NCBI GenBank assembly: GCA_965223705.1
Contig: OZ245015.1
Location: 928,001 to 992,000 of the forward strand
Length of the DNA stretch: 64,000 nt
Origin: Myxococcota bacterium
GTDB taxonomy: Bacteria > Myxococcota_A > UBA9160 > UBA6930
Direction: 5' to 3'
In this document: positions 28,096-37,621 of the stretch, piece by piece
How positions within the stretch are numbered: position 1 is the stretch's first letter
Layout: each line of letters starts with the position of its first letter
The notes under the pieces: generated by a model
The model's database searches: none
The model's input: the letters and a program-made list of their open reading frames with translations, nothing else
What the model was told of the DNA's origin: nothing
Translations under genes and position numbers: made by a program

Positions 28096-28860
28096 ATGAG
28101 TTCCCTGAGCGGAAAGGTCGCGGTCGTCGCCGGGGCGAGCGTCGGAATCGGCGCAGCGACAGCGGAGTTGTTCGCTGCGGAAGGCGCACGGGTCGTTCTC
28201 GGAGCGCGCCGGTCGGAGGAGCTCGACGCGTTGGCCGATCGGATCGGCACCGCGGGTGGGCACGCTGTTGCGCTCGCCGGAGACGTCACCGACGAATCGT
28301 ACGCGCGCGCGCTCGTCGATTTAGCGCGCGAGCGTTTCGGAAGGCTCGACATTGCCGTCAACAACGCCGGGTCGCTCGGCAAGATGGGACCGACACCGGA
28401 ACTACAGCTCGCCGATTGGCATCGCGTCGTCGACACGAACCTCACCAGTGCCTTCTTGGGCGCGAAACACCAGCTGCCCGCGATGATCGACGCGGGTGGG
28501 GGGTCGCTCATCTTCACAGGAACCTTCGTGGGTCACACCGTCGGCTTCCCCGGCGTGGCCGGCTACGCGGCGAGCAAGTCCGGTTTGATCGGGTTGACCC
28601 AGGCTCTGGCCGTCGAGTTCGCCGAGCAGGGAGTGCGCGTCAACGTCATTCTTCCCGGCGCGACGGATACGGCGATGTATCGGGAGATGAACGACACGCC
28701 CGAGTCGCGCGACTTCATCACCAGCCTCTACCCGATGCGTCGGGTCGCGAGTCCCCAGGAGATCGCGAAGTCGATGCTCTACCTCGCGTCCGACGCCTCG
28801 AGCTTTACGACGGGCAGCGCGCTGTTGGTCGAAGGAGGAGTTTCGATCAACCGCACGTGA
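28096..28860 (+). CDS. SDR oxidoreductase (copy 1)
   Basis: AGASVGIG, NNAG, YAASK, NVILPG; near-identical to 52203..52967. Confidence 0.93.
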   Translation: MSSLSGKVAVVAGASVGIGAATAELFAAEGARVVLGARRSEELDALADRIGTAGGHAVALAGDVTDESYARALVDLARERFGRLDIAVNNAGSLGKMGPTPELQLADWHRVVDTNLTSAFLGAKHQLPAMIDAGGGSLIFTGTFVGHTVGFPGVAGYAASKSGLIGLTQALAVEFAEQGVRVNVILPGATDTAMYREMNDTPESRDFITSLYPMRRVASPQEIAKSMLYLASDASSFTTGSALLVEGGVSINRT

Positions 28861-28870
28861 AGGAGCCGCA

Positions 28871-29377
28871 CTACCCCTGCAAGACGTCGAGAGCGTCGTT
28901 CGCAAACTCGGCGTACTCGATCACGGTCCCGTCCGGGTCGCGCACACAGAGGAACTTCGCTTCGACGCCGGACGGGGCAACTCCAGGAGCCGTTTCGTAG
29001 GGCGAAACCGGTCCCACGAACTCGACCCCCTTCTCCTCGAGGTAGTCGGCCACGGACTGAACGTCGGCCACTTCGAAACACAGCCGAGCGATCCCGACAT
29101 TGTCGAGTGACTTGTAGGCCTCGCCCGACGTGGGCGGATCGAGGAACTGGATGATGTCGAGAAACGGCACCGGGTTGTCACCGGGAATCTTCATGAAGAC
29201 GGCCCTGAAACTTCGGTTGTTCTCGAGGCCGAGTCCGCTCCACACCCCGGCACCCGGCCCGAAAATCTGATCCGCGAAGACTTCAAACCCCAACATTTCG
29301 TAGAAGGGGATCGTCCTCTCCATGTCTCGCACACAGATGTTCGCGTGCACCATTTGGCGTATTTGAATCGCGGTCAT
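28871..29377 (-). CDS. VOC/glyoxalase family protein
   Basis: HANICVRDMERTIPFY, RLCFEVADV, RDPDGTVIE. Confidence 0.88.
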   Translation of the reverse strand: MTAIQIRQMVHANICVRDMERTIPFYEMLGFEVFADQIFGPGAGVWSGLGLENNRSFRAVFMKIPGDNPVPFLDIIQFLDPPTSGEAYKSLDNVGIARLCFEVADVQSVADYLEEKGVEFVGPVSPYETAPGVAPSGVEAKFLCVRDPDGTVIEYAEFANDALDVLQG

Positions 29378-29399
29378 TCGTTATTTCCTCCGACGACAT

Positions 29400-30404
29400 C
29401 TACGCGGTTGGATCGCCCTCGGCTCCCGGGTCGCCTCGGGTGAGCCCGCGATAGGCGTCTCGGGCCGTGCTCTCGCCATACAGGACTTCGTAGACCTCGC
29501 GCGAGATGGGCATCCCGACGCCGTGCTTCCCGGCGAGATCCATGACCACGCGCGTGGTGTTGATGCCCTCGGCGACCTGGTTCATCTCGGCGATGATGTC
29601 TTCGATACTGCGTCCCTTGCCGAGTTCCTCGCCCACGTGACGGTTGCGGCTTTGGGGGCTGGTGCAGGTTGCGATGAGATCTCCCATTCCGGTGAGACCC
29701 GAGAAGGTCGGTCGCTCTCCACCCATCGCGACACCGAGCCGAGTGAGCTCCGCTAAGCCCCGAGTGATCACGGCTGACCGGGTGTTGTCGCCGACGCCGA
29801 GTCCGTATCCCATGCCGACGGCGATGGCCATCACGTTCTTCAAGGCGCCGCCCAGTTCGCAGCCGACGACATCGTGGTTCGTGTAGACGCGAAAGAGGCC
29901 CGACTTGAAGAGCCCTTGAAGTTGCCGGGCGATCTCGCTCCGTTCGAACGCGACCACACTTGCCGACGCGTAACCAGCCATGATTTCCTTCGCGAGGTTC
30001 GGTCCGGTCAGGACTCCCGCCGGGTGGTCGGGCAGCACTTCGTGCATCACCTCGGTCATCCGCAGCTGGCTGCCCGGCTCGAGCCCTTTGGCGAGGCTCA
30101 CCACCGGGACCCAGGGTCGTATGAAGGCCGCGGCCTGTTCGAGGACCTCGCGCATGTGGTGAGACGGGATGCCGACCACGAGAACGTCGGAGTCGCGTAC
30201 GGCCTCCTCGAGGGAAGCGGTAGCGCGTACGGATCTCGCCACCTTGGCGTTCGGCAAATACCGGGTATTGGTGTGCTCGGTGTTCACCTCGCGAGCGGTC
30301 TCCTCGCGCCGACACCACAGAACGACCGGGGCGTTGTGGCTGATGATGTGGGCGATCGTGGTTCCGAACGATCCAGCACCCAACACGCCCACTCGCAACG
30401 TCAT
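29400..30404 (-). CDS. gpsA: NAD(P)H-dependent glycerol-3-phosphate dehydrogenase
   Basis: GAGSFG, AKGLE, GPNLAKE, GGALKNV, GMGDLIATC.S..SRN, AEG. Confidence 0.96.
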   Translation of the reverse strand: MTLRVGVLGAGSFGTTIAHIISHNAPVVLWCRREETAREVNTEHTNTRYLPNAKVARSVRATASLEEAVRDSDVLVVGIPSHHMREVLEQAAAFIRPWVPVVSLAKGLEPGSQLRMTEVMHEVLPDHPAGVLTGPNLAKEIMAGYASASVVAFERSEIARQLQGLFKSGLFRVYTNHDVVGCELGGALKNVMAIAVGMGYGLGVGDNTRSAVITRGLAELTRLGVAMGGERPTFSGLTGMGDLIATCTSPQSRNRHVGEELGKGRSIEDIIAEMNQVAEGINTTRVVMDLAGKHGVGMPISREVYEVLYGESTARDAYRGLTRGDPGAEGDPTA

Positions 30405-30580
30405 GACGAACTCTCCAGGCCGCCCCCGCGAACCAGTATGACTTGCCGGGTCGAGAGCGCCATCGATCTTGTGCGGGGGCTATGTATCTAACTTTCGCAC
30501 CGGATTGACTTCCATTCGCGCTCGTGTTTCCCTCGGTAGGCTGCACATCCAACTCCGATCGGCAGCTACGAGGGACTGCG

Positions 30581-32038
30581 GTGTCCGACCGCCTCACCCA
30601 GCAGGACGCGTCCTTTCTCTACGGCGAGACGGCGAGCGGCCCGATGCACGGGTCCATGATCTCGGTCATCGACGGCGAAGTCCCCTTCGATGCCATCTAC
30701 CGACACATCGAAGCCAGGATTCATTTAGTCCCCCGCTATCGCCAGCGTCTCGCTTTCGTTCCGTTCAATCTGGCGCACGCCGAGTGGGTCGACGATCCCG
30801 AGTTCAACCTCGAGAACCACGTCGTTCGACACGAGCTCCCAACCGGAACGAGCCTTGCGGGAGCCGTCGAAAAGGCGCTCGAGATCAACGAACCCCTGCT
30901 CGACCGCGCTCGGCCCCTATGGCGCTGGCACGTGTTCGAGGGCTTGCCCGGGCAAACGTTGTTGATGCAGAGCTTCCATCACGCCATGGTGGACGGCGTC
31001 TCCGGGATCGACATCACGATGGTCCTGTTCGATTTGAAACCCGAGCCGCCGCCTCCACCCGCCGCCGAGGGCGTCTGGGCACCGGATCCCCTTCCCACGC
31101 CGGTTGAATCGCTTCGGCAGGCCGTGGGTGAGCAGGCTCGAGCGTTACGCGACGCCAATCCACTTGCAGCACTCGGTGAGTCCGCGAGGCAACCCGATCT
31201 CTGGCGTCGCGGGGCGGAGACGATGCTGAAGATGCTCGGCCGACCCGCGATCTTCGCCCCCTGGAACGCGGGGAACGTCGGCCCGAAACGCAAACTCGAG
31301 TGGACCCGCTACGGCTTCGCCGAGTTCCGCGAGATCCGGCGCAGCTTCGGTGGAACGATCAACGACGTCGTCCTGACCGTCGTGAGCGAGGCGGCCGCCC
31401 GCTATCTGAAAGCTCGTGGCGAGTCGATCGAGGACCAGCACTTCCGCGTGATGTGTCCGGTCAGCGTGAGGCGAGAGGACGAAGGCGGCGCCCTCGGAAA
31501 CCGTGTTTCCGGAATCTTTCCCATGCTTCCCGCCTGGCCGATGGACGTGGTCGAACGGCATTCGGCGGTCTGCGAAGAAACGGCGAGGATCAAAGAGAAC
31601 CAAGAGGCGCAGGCGCTCGAGTTCATGATGGAAGCGATGCCTGCCTTGCCGCCCGTCGCCATGGCGCAGACTTTACTCGTGGGAACGCTCTTCGATCCGA
31701 CCGTTCTCGCCGCACGTCTCCCGGCTCCGCTGCCTCCGAGAATCGACCCGCGCGTTCCTTTCTTCGGAATCAATTTCACCTGCACCAACGTTCCGGGCGT
31801 GCAGGTTCCGCAGTACGTGGCCGGACACCGCATTCTCTACAACCTGGGCATCCTGATGTTGGGGGGCAACCTCGGGTTCGGGATCGGGGTCGGCAGCTAC
31901 AACCGGGAGGTGGTCTTCAACCTCATCTGCGAACCCCGGCTTCTTCCGGATCTCGGCCTCATGCGCGCTGGCCTCGACGACTCTTTTTCCGAACTCCTCA
32001 AAGAAGCGCGGAACCGCGCGAGTTCCGCGCACCCGTGA
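30581..32038 (+). CDS. Wax ester synthase/diacylglycerol acyltransferase (WS/DGAT)
   Basis: LTQQDASFLYGE, WVDDPEFNL, HHAMVDG, GTINDVVL, LGNRVS, TNVPG. Confidence 0.94.
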   Translation: MSDRLTQQDASFLYGETASGPMHGSMISVIDGEVPFDAIYRHIEARIHLVPRYRQRLAFVPFNLAHAEWVDDPEFNLENHVVRHELPTGTSLAGAVEKALEINEPLLDRARPLWRWHVFEGLPGQTLLMQSFHHAMVDGVSGIDITMVLFDLKPEPPPPPAAEGVWAPDPLPTPVESLRQAVGEQARALRDANPLAALGESARQPDLWRRGAETMLKMLGRPAIFAPWNAGNVGPKRKLEWTRYGFAEFREIRRSFGGTINDVVLTVVSEAAARYLKARGESIEDQHFRVMCPVSVRREDEGGALGNRVSGIFPMLPAWPMDVVERHSAVCEETARIKENQEAQALEFMMEAMPALPPVAMAQTLLVGTLFDPTVLAARLPAPLPPRIDPRVPFFGINFTCTNVPGVQVPQYVAGHRILYNLGILMLGGNLGFGIGVGSYNREVVFNLICEPRLLPDLGLMRAGLDDSFSELLKEARNRASSAHP

Positions 32039-32055
32039 GCGTGGGGAAGGCGACT

Positions 32056-32640
32056 ATGGCGACGTACACCGACCGTTTTCCACAGACCGTGACCCTCGAT
32101 GGCGACGCGAAGGTCGAGATACGGGTGATGGACGTCGGCGATCGTGATGCCGTGCTGGCCTTCGCCAGGGCATTACCCGAGAGGGATCTACTTTTCTTGA
32201 GGGTGGATCTGACGTCCGCCGACGTGGTTGACGATTGGATGGACAACCTAAAGAGCGGCCACTCCACTTCGTTGGTCGCTTACGAAGACGGAGAGTTGGT
32301 GGGCTACGCGACGGTTCATCGGGACCCCGCTCCCTGGACCCGCAGGGTGGGCGAAATCCGGGTCAACGTGGGGCCTTCTCAGAGGGGAAAGGGTCTGGGG
32401 CGAAATCTCACGTCGCAGATCTTCGACGTTGCAAGGGAACTCGGGTTGAAGAAGTTGATGGCGACCATGACCGTCGATCAACACGGGGCACAGGCCGCGT
32501 TCCGTCGCTTGGGCTTCGTTCCGGAGGCGCTGCTCGCCGACTACGCCGAAGACCGGGAAGGCACTGCACACGATCTGGTGATCATGTCCTACGACATCGA
32601 AGGTCTGACCGACCGACTCGATGAGCCCATCCGTATCTAG
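32056..32640 (+). CDS. GNAT family N-acetyltransferase
   Basis: QRGKGLG acetyl-CoA motif, FRRLGF. Confidence 0.85.
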   Translation: MATYTDRFPQTVTLDGDAKVEIRVMDVGDRDAVLAFARALPERDLLFLRVDLTSADVVDDWMDNLKSGHSTSLVAYEDGELVGYATVHRDPAPWTRRVGEIRVNVGPSQRGKGLGRNLTSQIFDVARELGLKKLMATMTVDQHGAQAAFRRLGFVPEALLADYAEDREGTAHDLVIMSYDIEGLTDRLDEPIRI

Positions 32641-32649
32641 TCACCATCC

Positions 32650-33453
32650 TTAGACGGCTTCGCTGAGGCGCCCCGCCAGGACCTCGTAGACCCGCGGATG
32701 GAACGCCATGCCCACGTGGGTACAGTTCACCTCGTCGTTTCGTTCCGGGTCGTCTCCCATGCAGCTCTCCCAGTGCGCCACGCCGTCTCTTCGCGAGTAG
32801 ATCGCGAACTGAGGGACACCGGTGGGATCCGGGTCCAAGGTGTTCTTCACGAACGTGCAAAGGCAGTGGCCCGTGCCGCATGAGCTGCGCAGGTTGCGAC
32901 CCACGAGTGCTCCCCTGGCCGCCTTGAGATGATCCCAAAGGCCCACGACCGAGGGGTGGGCCCGGACGAGGTCGCGAAACGGGGAGCCCAGGGTGACGAC
33001 CCGGTCGATGTGCTCCGGGGCTTGCTGGACGAGGCTGCGGCCGAGCATGCCGCCCAGGCTGTGCCCGACGATCCGCACCTTCTGGCCAGATTTCGCATGG
33101 ATCCCGCGAAGCCGGGCCAACAAGCTCCTCGCGGTCGTGTCGGGGCAGTCGGTGTTGAAAGGGATTCTCGAGAAGTGGCTCTCGTAGCCGATCCGGAACA
33201 GCCAGCGGTGCATTTCGAACATCACCACGTCGTTCGAAAGGAAGCCCGGGATCACGAGAACGGGCTCCCGATTCCCGCGCGGCACTCCGTGGCCGTAGTA
33301 GACGGGGCTCATCCGGAGGGAGAGCCACTCGAAGGGCCAGAGGACTTCGCGCCAGATCGGCGTGTTGACGTGCTCGACCGAGGGGTCGAATTCGAAGGGG
33401 TCGCCCAACCCCTTCGGGTTCTCAACAGCGGGTGATTCGCTCAATTCTTCCAC
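32650..33453 (-). CDS. Alpha/beta hydrolase (lipase/esterase, GHSLG), paralog A
   Basis: PVLVIPGF, VGHSLGG, TLGSP, DGV, HVGM; CxxxxCxC motif. Confidence 0.88.
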   Translation of the reverse strand: MEELSESPAVENPKGLGDPFEFDPSVEHVNTPIWREVLWPFEWLSLRMSPVYYGHGVPRGNREPVLVIPGFLSNDVVMFEMHRWLFRIGYESHFSRIPFNTDCPDTTARSLLARLRGIHAKSGQKVRIVGHSLGGMLGRSLVQQAPEHIDRVVTLGSPFRDLVRAHPSVVGLWDHLKAARGALVGRNLRSSCGTGHCLCTFVKNTLDPDPTGVPQFAIYSRRDGVAHWESCMGDDPERNDEVNCTHVGMAFHPRVYEVLAGRLSEAV

Positions 33454-33531
33454 CGGGTACTTGCGCTGCGCAGTCAGGAGCGCCGGATCGCGAGCGATCC
33501 GGCGACGATCGAGTCACCCGCCGTGCGGTTC

Positions 33532-33993
33532 TCAGCTCCGGAGCGACTCTAGGCTCCTTTGCCAGGCTTCGCTCATCGGATTGTTGAGGCCGAAGGACCG
33601 GCCGATCTCCATCGCGGACTCGGCAGCTTCGCGGGAGCTTTCCATCACCATCTGCATCGACTCGCGCAGGCTTTCAGCCGCCGCCGCTTGCTCCTTGTAG
33701 AGGTCCTTTGCGAAGTCGAGGCCCCGGTTCTGGGACTCGATGGCCGCTTCGAGCACCGCCTTCGAGTTTTCGGAATAGGCGTTCGGATGGGTCGCGAACA
33801 ACTTGGTGAGCTCGAGGGCTTCGCGCTGACCCTGCAGTACCTGCTCGGACATCATGTCGACGATCTTGCTGCTGCGCTGGCGGGCGGCGGCCATCGCCTC
33901 GTTCAGGCGGTCCTGGTTCTCGATGATCTTGTCGATGAACTGACCAATCTCGTTGGTGTCGTCTTTCTTTTTCGCACTCTTCGCAGAGGCCAT
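33532..33993 (-). CDS. Phasin-like helical protein, paralog A
   Basis: AAGGAG RBS; basic N-terminus, amphipathic helical composition; located between operator and hydrolase in PHA cluster. Confidence 0.6.
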   Translation of the reverse strand: MASAKSAKKKDDTNEIGQFIDKIIENQDRLNEAMAAARQRSSKIVDMMSEQVLQGQREALELTKLFATHPNAYSENSKAVLEAAIESQNRGLDFAKDLYKEQAAAAESLRESMQMVMESSREAAESAMEIGRSFGLNNPMSEAWQRSLESLRS

Positions 33994-34051
33994 GGCAATT
34001 CTCCTTGATGGGCGGCGGTCATGATGGCCGCGCATTGCCGTTGCGATTGGA

Positions 34052-34085
34052 ACATATATATGTCATTTGCATATACATGTCAAGT
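34052..34085 (-). promoter_or_regulatory. Sigma-70 promoter overlapped by palindromic operator (putative PhaQ site 1)
   Basis: Minus strand TTGACA-17-TATATA; inverted repeat ACATATATAT-N9-ATATACATGT; homologous to 40154-40190. Confidence 0.8.
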
Positions 34086-34123
34086 TTTCTCGCTGGGCCG
34101 TTCCCCTGGGGAGTAAGGCGGGC

Positions 34124-35215
34124 TCAGGTCGAGCGCTCCGCCAGCCATCGGTCGATCTGCGGCCACAACCGGTATTTGGCATTGCCTCCGGCGATGAGGC
34201 TGACGTGGCCGCCCTTCAAGACGATGTCCTGCTTGTCGTCACTGGACACGAGGTCGACCAGATCCCTCGACGAGGCATCCGGGACGAGATAGTCGTGCAA
34301 GGCGCGGACGTGAAGAAACGGGGCCCGGATCTTCCCGATGTCTACGGTGTGGTCGCCGATCCTGAACTCTCCGCGGAACAGCTTGTTGGCGACCAGGAAA
34401 TCCTTTTGCATCTGGCGCGCGACCTCCCCAGGGAAGGGGATTTGATCGTTCGCCCAGCGTTCGATTCGCGTATGGGCTTTCACGAACTCGTCGTTCTCGA
34501 CGTTGTCGAGCAGCTTCATTTGACCTGACACGCGCTGCAGGGGACGGAGCATCTCGATCGAGGAGACGATGAGCTCCGGCGGGACGTTGCCCAGGGAGTC
34601 GATGAGCCGGTCGATGTCAAAGTGCGCTGGATCCGCCCAGGTCCGCTGGAACTCCATTCCGTCGGAGTTCACTGGGGTCGTCAGGCACAGCAAGTTTTTG
34701 AGCGGCCCGTCCGCGTGCGTCGCGGCGTACATCGCGGCGATGGTTCCGCCCAGGCAGTACCCGGCGAGGGTGAAGTCGTCTTCGCCCGAGTCCTCGCAGA
34801 CGCGAGCGACGCAATCGGGCAGGAAGTCGAGGACGTAGTCCGCGAAAGAAAGCTTGGCGTGCTCCGGGCGGGGGATCCCCCAATCGATCATGTAGACGTC
34901 GTGGCCCTGACCGACGAGAAACTCGATCAGGCTCTGACCTTTCGCCAGATCGAAGATGTAGGGCTTGCTTACCAGCGACATCACCAGAAGGAGCGGTGCG
35001 CGATACACCTCGTCGGAGACCGGCGTGTAGTGATAGAGCTTGATCAGGTCGCGCGAGTAGATCACTTCCCGAGGGCTCGGGGCGAAACCCAGGTCTCCGG
35101 TGAGGTCGTCGAGTCGGGGCAGTCCGGGGATGTTTCGCGCGATGGCGTCTTCCACCGCCTTGCGCGAACGCTCCGCGATTTCCTCTCGCGACGGACGAGA
35201 GGCCGGGTTCGTCAC
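34124..35215 (-). CDS. phaC: Polyhydroxyalkanoate synthase PhaC (class III/IV type)
   Basis: PYIFDL, VYMIDWG.P, GYCLGG (catalytic Cys), DYLVP (Asp), GGHVSL (His); GTG start overlaps upstream stop. Confidence 0.88.
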   Translation of the reverse strand: MTNPASRPSREEIAERSRKAVEDAIARNIPGLPRLDDLTGDLGFAPSPREVIYSRDLIKLYHYTPVSDEVYRAPLLLVMSLVSKPYIFDLAKGQSLIEFLVGQGHDVYMIDWGIPRPEHAKLSFADYVLDFLPDCVARVCEDSGEDDFTLAGYCLGGTIAAMYAATHADGPLKNLLCLTTPVNSDGMEFQRTWADPAHFDIDRLIDSLGNVPPELIVSSIEMLRPLQRVSGQMKLLDNVENDEFVKAHTRIERWANDQIPFPGEVARQMQKDFLVANKLFRGEFRIGDHTVDIGKIRAPFLHVRALHDYLVPDASSRDLVDLVSSDDKQDIVLKGGHVSLIAGGNAKYRLWPQIDRWLAERST

Positions 35216-36174
35216 TGGCTTTCTCCTGGCGCCCCGGCCGTTTCGGGGATGCTTCGCTTGAGCCAATCGAGGAGATCGGCGACGACTTCATCTCGATTGA
35301 TCTCGTTGAACATCTCGTGACGTCCGCCTTCGTAGAACTTGTGATCGACGCGCTGTAGGCCGGCTGCGCGGTATTCCTCGATCAGTCGCCACAATCCGGC
35401 GAGCTCCCGGTGAATGGGATCGTCCGCACCGGAGAAGATCAGTAGCGGAATCGTCCTCGGAATCTTCGCGCGTTCGGATCGCCGACGCTCGAGGGCGAGG
35501 GCGTCGAACATTTCGCAGAGGCTTCCCATGCGCAACACGAAGCCGCAACGCGGATCCTCGACGTAGAGGTCGACCTGTTCGGGATCTCGCGAAAGCCATT
35601 CGAAGCCGGTGCGGCCCGGTTCGAAACGCTCGTTCGTCTTTCCGAAGAGCGCTTTCTGGACGATCTCGCTCTCGCCCGATGCTCCGTGGCGCCAGCGCTC
35701 GATCCGAGCGAGAAGACGGGTCAGCAAGAGCTGCAGGCCGCCGCCGTCCGTGCTCCCCGAGAGGATTGCCGCTTCGACGGTTTCTCCGTGCTCGATCAGG
35801 TACTGACGCGCGAGAAACGATCCCATGCTGTGACCGAGGAGCACGCGAGGCGTCCCCGGGTGTCGCTCGCCGATCCAGTCGACGAGTTCGCGAAGATCAC
35901 GGACCGCCGCGTGCCAGCCGCCGGGGCCCATGTCTCCGAGGGAGTCGGGACCGCTCGCCGTCAAGCCGTGGCCGCGATGGTCGTTCGCGTAGACCCGGTA
36001 GCCGGCCTCGCACAATTGCTCTGCGACCCATGCGTAACGGGCGGCGTGCTCTCCCATTCCGTGTGCAATAAGGACAACGGCGCGTGGGCGAGGGCTCGAG
36101 TCCGGTTCCCATTGGTACAGGCGCAGCGCTTGTCCGTCGCTGGCAGAAAAAGCCGGGGTCGAGGTTTTCATCAC
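35212..36174 (-). CDS. Alpha/beta hydrolase (lysophospholipase/monoacylglycerol lipase-like)
   Basis: HGMGEHAARY, DHRGHG, GHSMG, WLSRD, RHEMFNE. Confidence 0.9.
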   Translation of the reverse strand: MMKTSTPAFSASDGQALRLYQWEPDSSPRPRAVVLIAHGMGEHAARYAWVAEQLCEAGYRVYANDHRGHGLTASGPDSLGDMGPGGWHAAVRDLRELVDWIGERHPGTPRVLLGHSMGSFLARQYLIEHGETVEAAILSGSTDGGGLQLLLTRLLARIERWRHGASGESEIVQKALFGKTNERFEPGRTGFEWLSRDPEQVDLYVEDPRCGFVLRMGSLCEMFDALALERRRSERAKIPRTIPLLIFSGADDPIHRELAGLWRLIEEYRAAGLQRVDHKFYEGGRHEMFNEINRDEVVADLLDWLKRSIPETAGAPGESQ

Positions 36175-36339
36175 GATTTCAGTGCCTCGCAGCGAAACAG
36201 GATCGGGTATGCGCCGACCGGCCGCTACTGCTCGCCCGCTCGGACATCACTGCAAAGTGTCGATAGCCCCCGAATGCATCAAGTGAAGCCGCTAGGTGAG
36301 CGTCGTACACTTCGGAAGGCGCACGGAAGGGTTACGGAC

Positions 36340-36642
36340 ATGCCGACCTACATCATGCTCAGCAAACTCACGGACGAGGGACGAAAGGTCTTGAAGATCC
36401 GGCCGGAACGCCTGTCCGAGGTCAACAAGGAGATCGAGTCGATGGGGGCCAGTGTCGCCGCACAATACGCTGTCCTCGGAGGCTACGACTTCGTGAACGT
36501 GGTCCGGGCGCCGAGCAACGAGGTCATCGCGCGAATCTCCGTCGAGCTCGGGTCGCGGGGCACGATCGAAATCACGACCTTGCCCGCGATGGAAGTCCCT
36601 GAGTTCATGAAGTTGCTAGACGGCGGTGAGGCTTCCGGGTAG
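36340..36642 (+). CDS. GYD domain-containing protein
   Basis: MPTYIMLSKLTDEG...YAVLGGYDFV...TLPA. Confidence 0.88.
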   Translation: MPTYIMLSKLTDEGRKVLKIRPERLSEVNKEIESMGASVAAQYAVLGGYDFVNVVRAPSNEVIARISVELGSRGTIEITTLPAMEVPEFMKLLDGGEASG

Positions 36643-36652
36643 GAGCGCCGCA

Positions 36653-37621
36653 GTGCCTCGCTACGTCATCCTCTCGAGATTCTCATCGGCGGGACGCAAG
36701 ACCGCGGCCTCGCGAATCAAGACGCCTTCGCTCGACGTGGAGGTGGCCGAGGCGAAAGGGAGTGTCGTCTCGCGTTTCGTCCTACTCGGGGATTGGGACT
36801 CGTGCTCCGTCGTCGACCTCCCCAACAACGCGGCTGCCCATTTGTTGCGTACGGCGCATATGGGAAAAGCGGGAGTAGAGCGACTCGTTCTGCCGGCCGT
36901 CGAGCTCTCGCTCTTCGAGCGACTTCTCAAACAGACCACGCAAACGTCGGGTCCGCACCCCTGGCAGATCCAGTTGCCGGCGCGCATGGCTCGTCGCGCG
37001 ATGCGCCCGATCATCGTCGGCCACTACCGACGCAAGTATTTCAAACCCTTTCGGGTCCTGGGTCGGGAGAACCTCGATGGTTTCAACGGGCCCGCCGTGT
37101 TCATCGCGAACCACAGCAGTCACCACGACATGTTCGCGATCATCGAAGCGCTGCCGTCGCGATTCCAGGACCATGTGTACTTCGGCTCCGCGGCCGATCG
37201 CTGGTATCTCAAGGGCCGTCGCAACCCGCAGAAACAGGGCTGGTGGCGTTCGCTCTTCCTGGGCTGTTTTCCGGTGAAGCGCGCCGGCGGTGGTGGCGCG
37301 CTGGACTACTCGGAGTGGCTGATCCAACAGGGCGCGTCGATCGGCATCTTTCCGGAAGGAACGCGAACCCGAAACGGCCGGCTGAGCAAATTTCGACCCG
37401 GCGCCGCCTTGCTCGCACAAAAGATGAAGGTGCCCATCGTTCCGATGTACTTCCAGGGACTCTTCGAGCTGTTGCCGCCGGGAAGCAAAGAGTACAGGCC
37501 CGGGCCCGTCACCATCCGAATCGGAAAGCCCTTCCAGGTTCCGCCCGGCATCGAGCGCCTCGAAGCCGCGACGATGATGCGCGACGCCGTGGCGTCGCTG
37601 CAACCGCCGCAGCCCTCCTAG
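36653..37621 (+). CDS. GYD-like domain fused to 1-acyl-sn-glycerol-3-phosphate acyltransferase (PlsC family)
   Basis: N-terminal MPRYVILSRFS...LLGDWD resembles neighbouring GYD; C-terminal NHSSHHD, FPEGTR, VPIVP; AGGAG RBS. Confidence 0.85.
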   Translation: MPRYVILSRFSSAGRKTAASRIKTPSLDVEVAEAKGSVVSRFVLLGDWDSCSVVDLPNNAAAHLLRTAHMGKAGVERLVLPAVELSLFERLLKQTTQTSGPHPWQIQLPARMARRAMRPIIVGHYRRKYFKPFRVLGRENLDGFNGPAVFIANHSSHHDMFAIIEALPSRFQDHVYFGSAADRWYLKGRRNPQKQGWWRSLFLGCFPVKRAGGGGALDYSEWLIQQGASIGIFPEGTRTRNGRLSKFRPGAALLAQKMKVPIVPMYFQGLFELLPPGSKEYRPGPVTIRIGKPFQVPPGIERLEAATMMRDAVASLQPPQPS

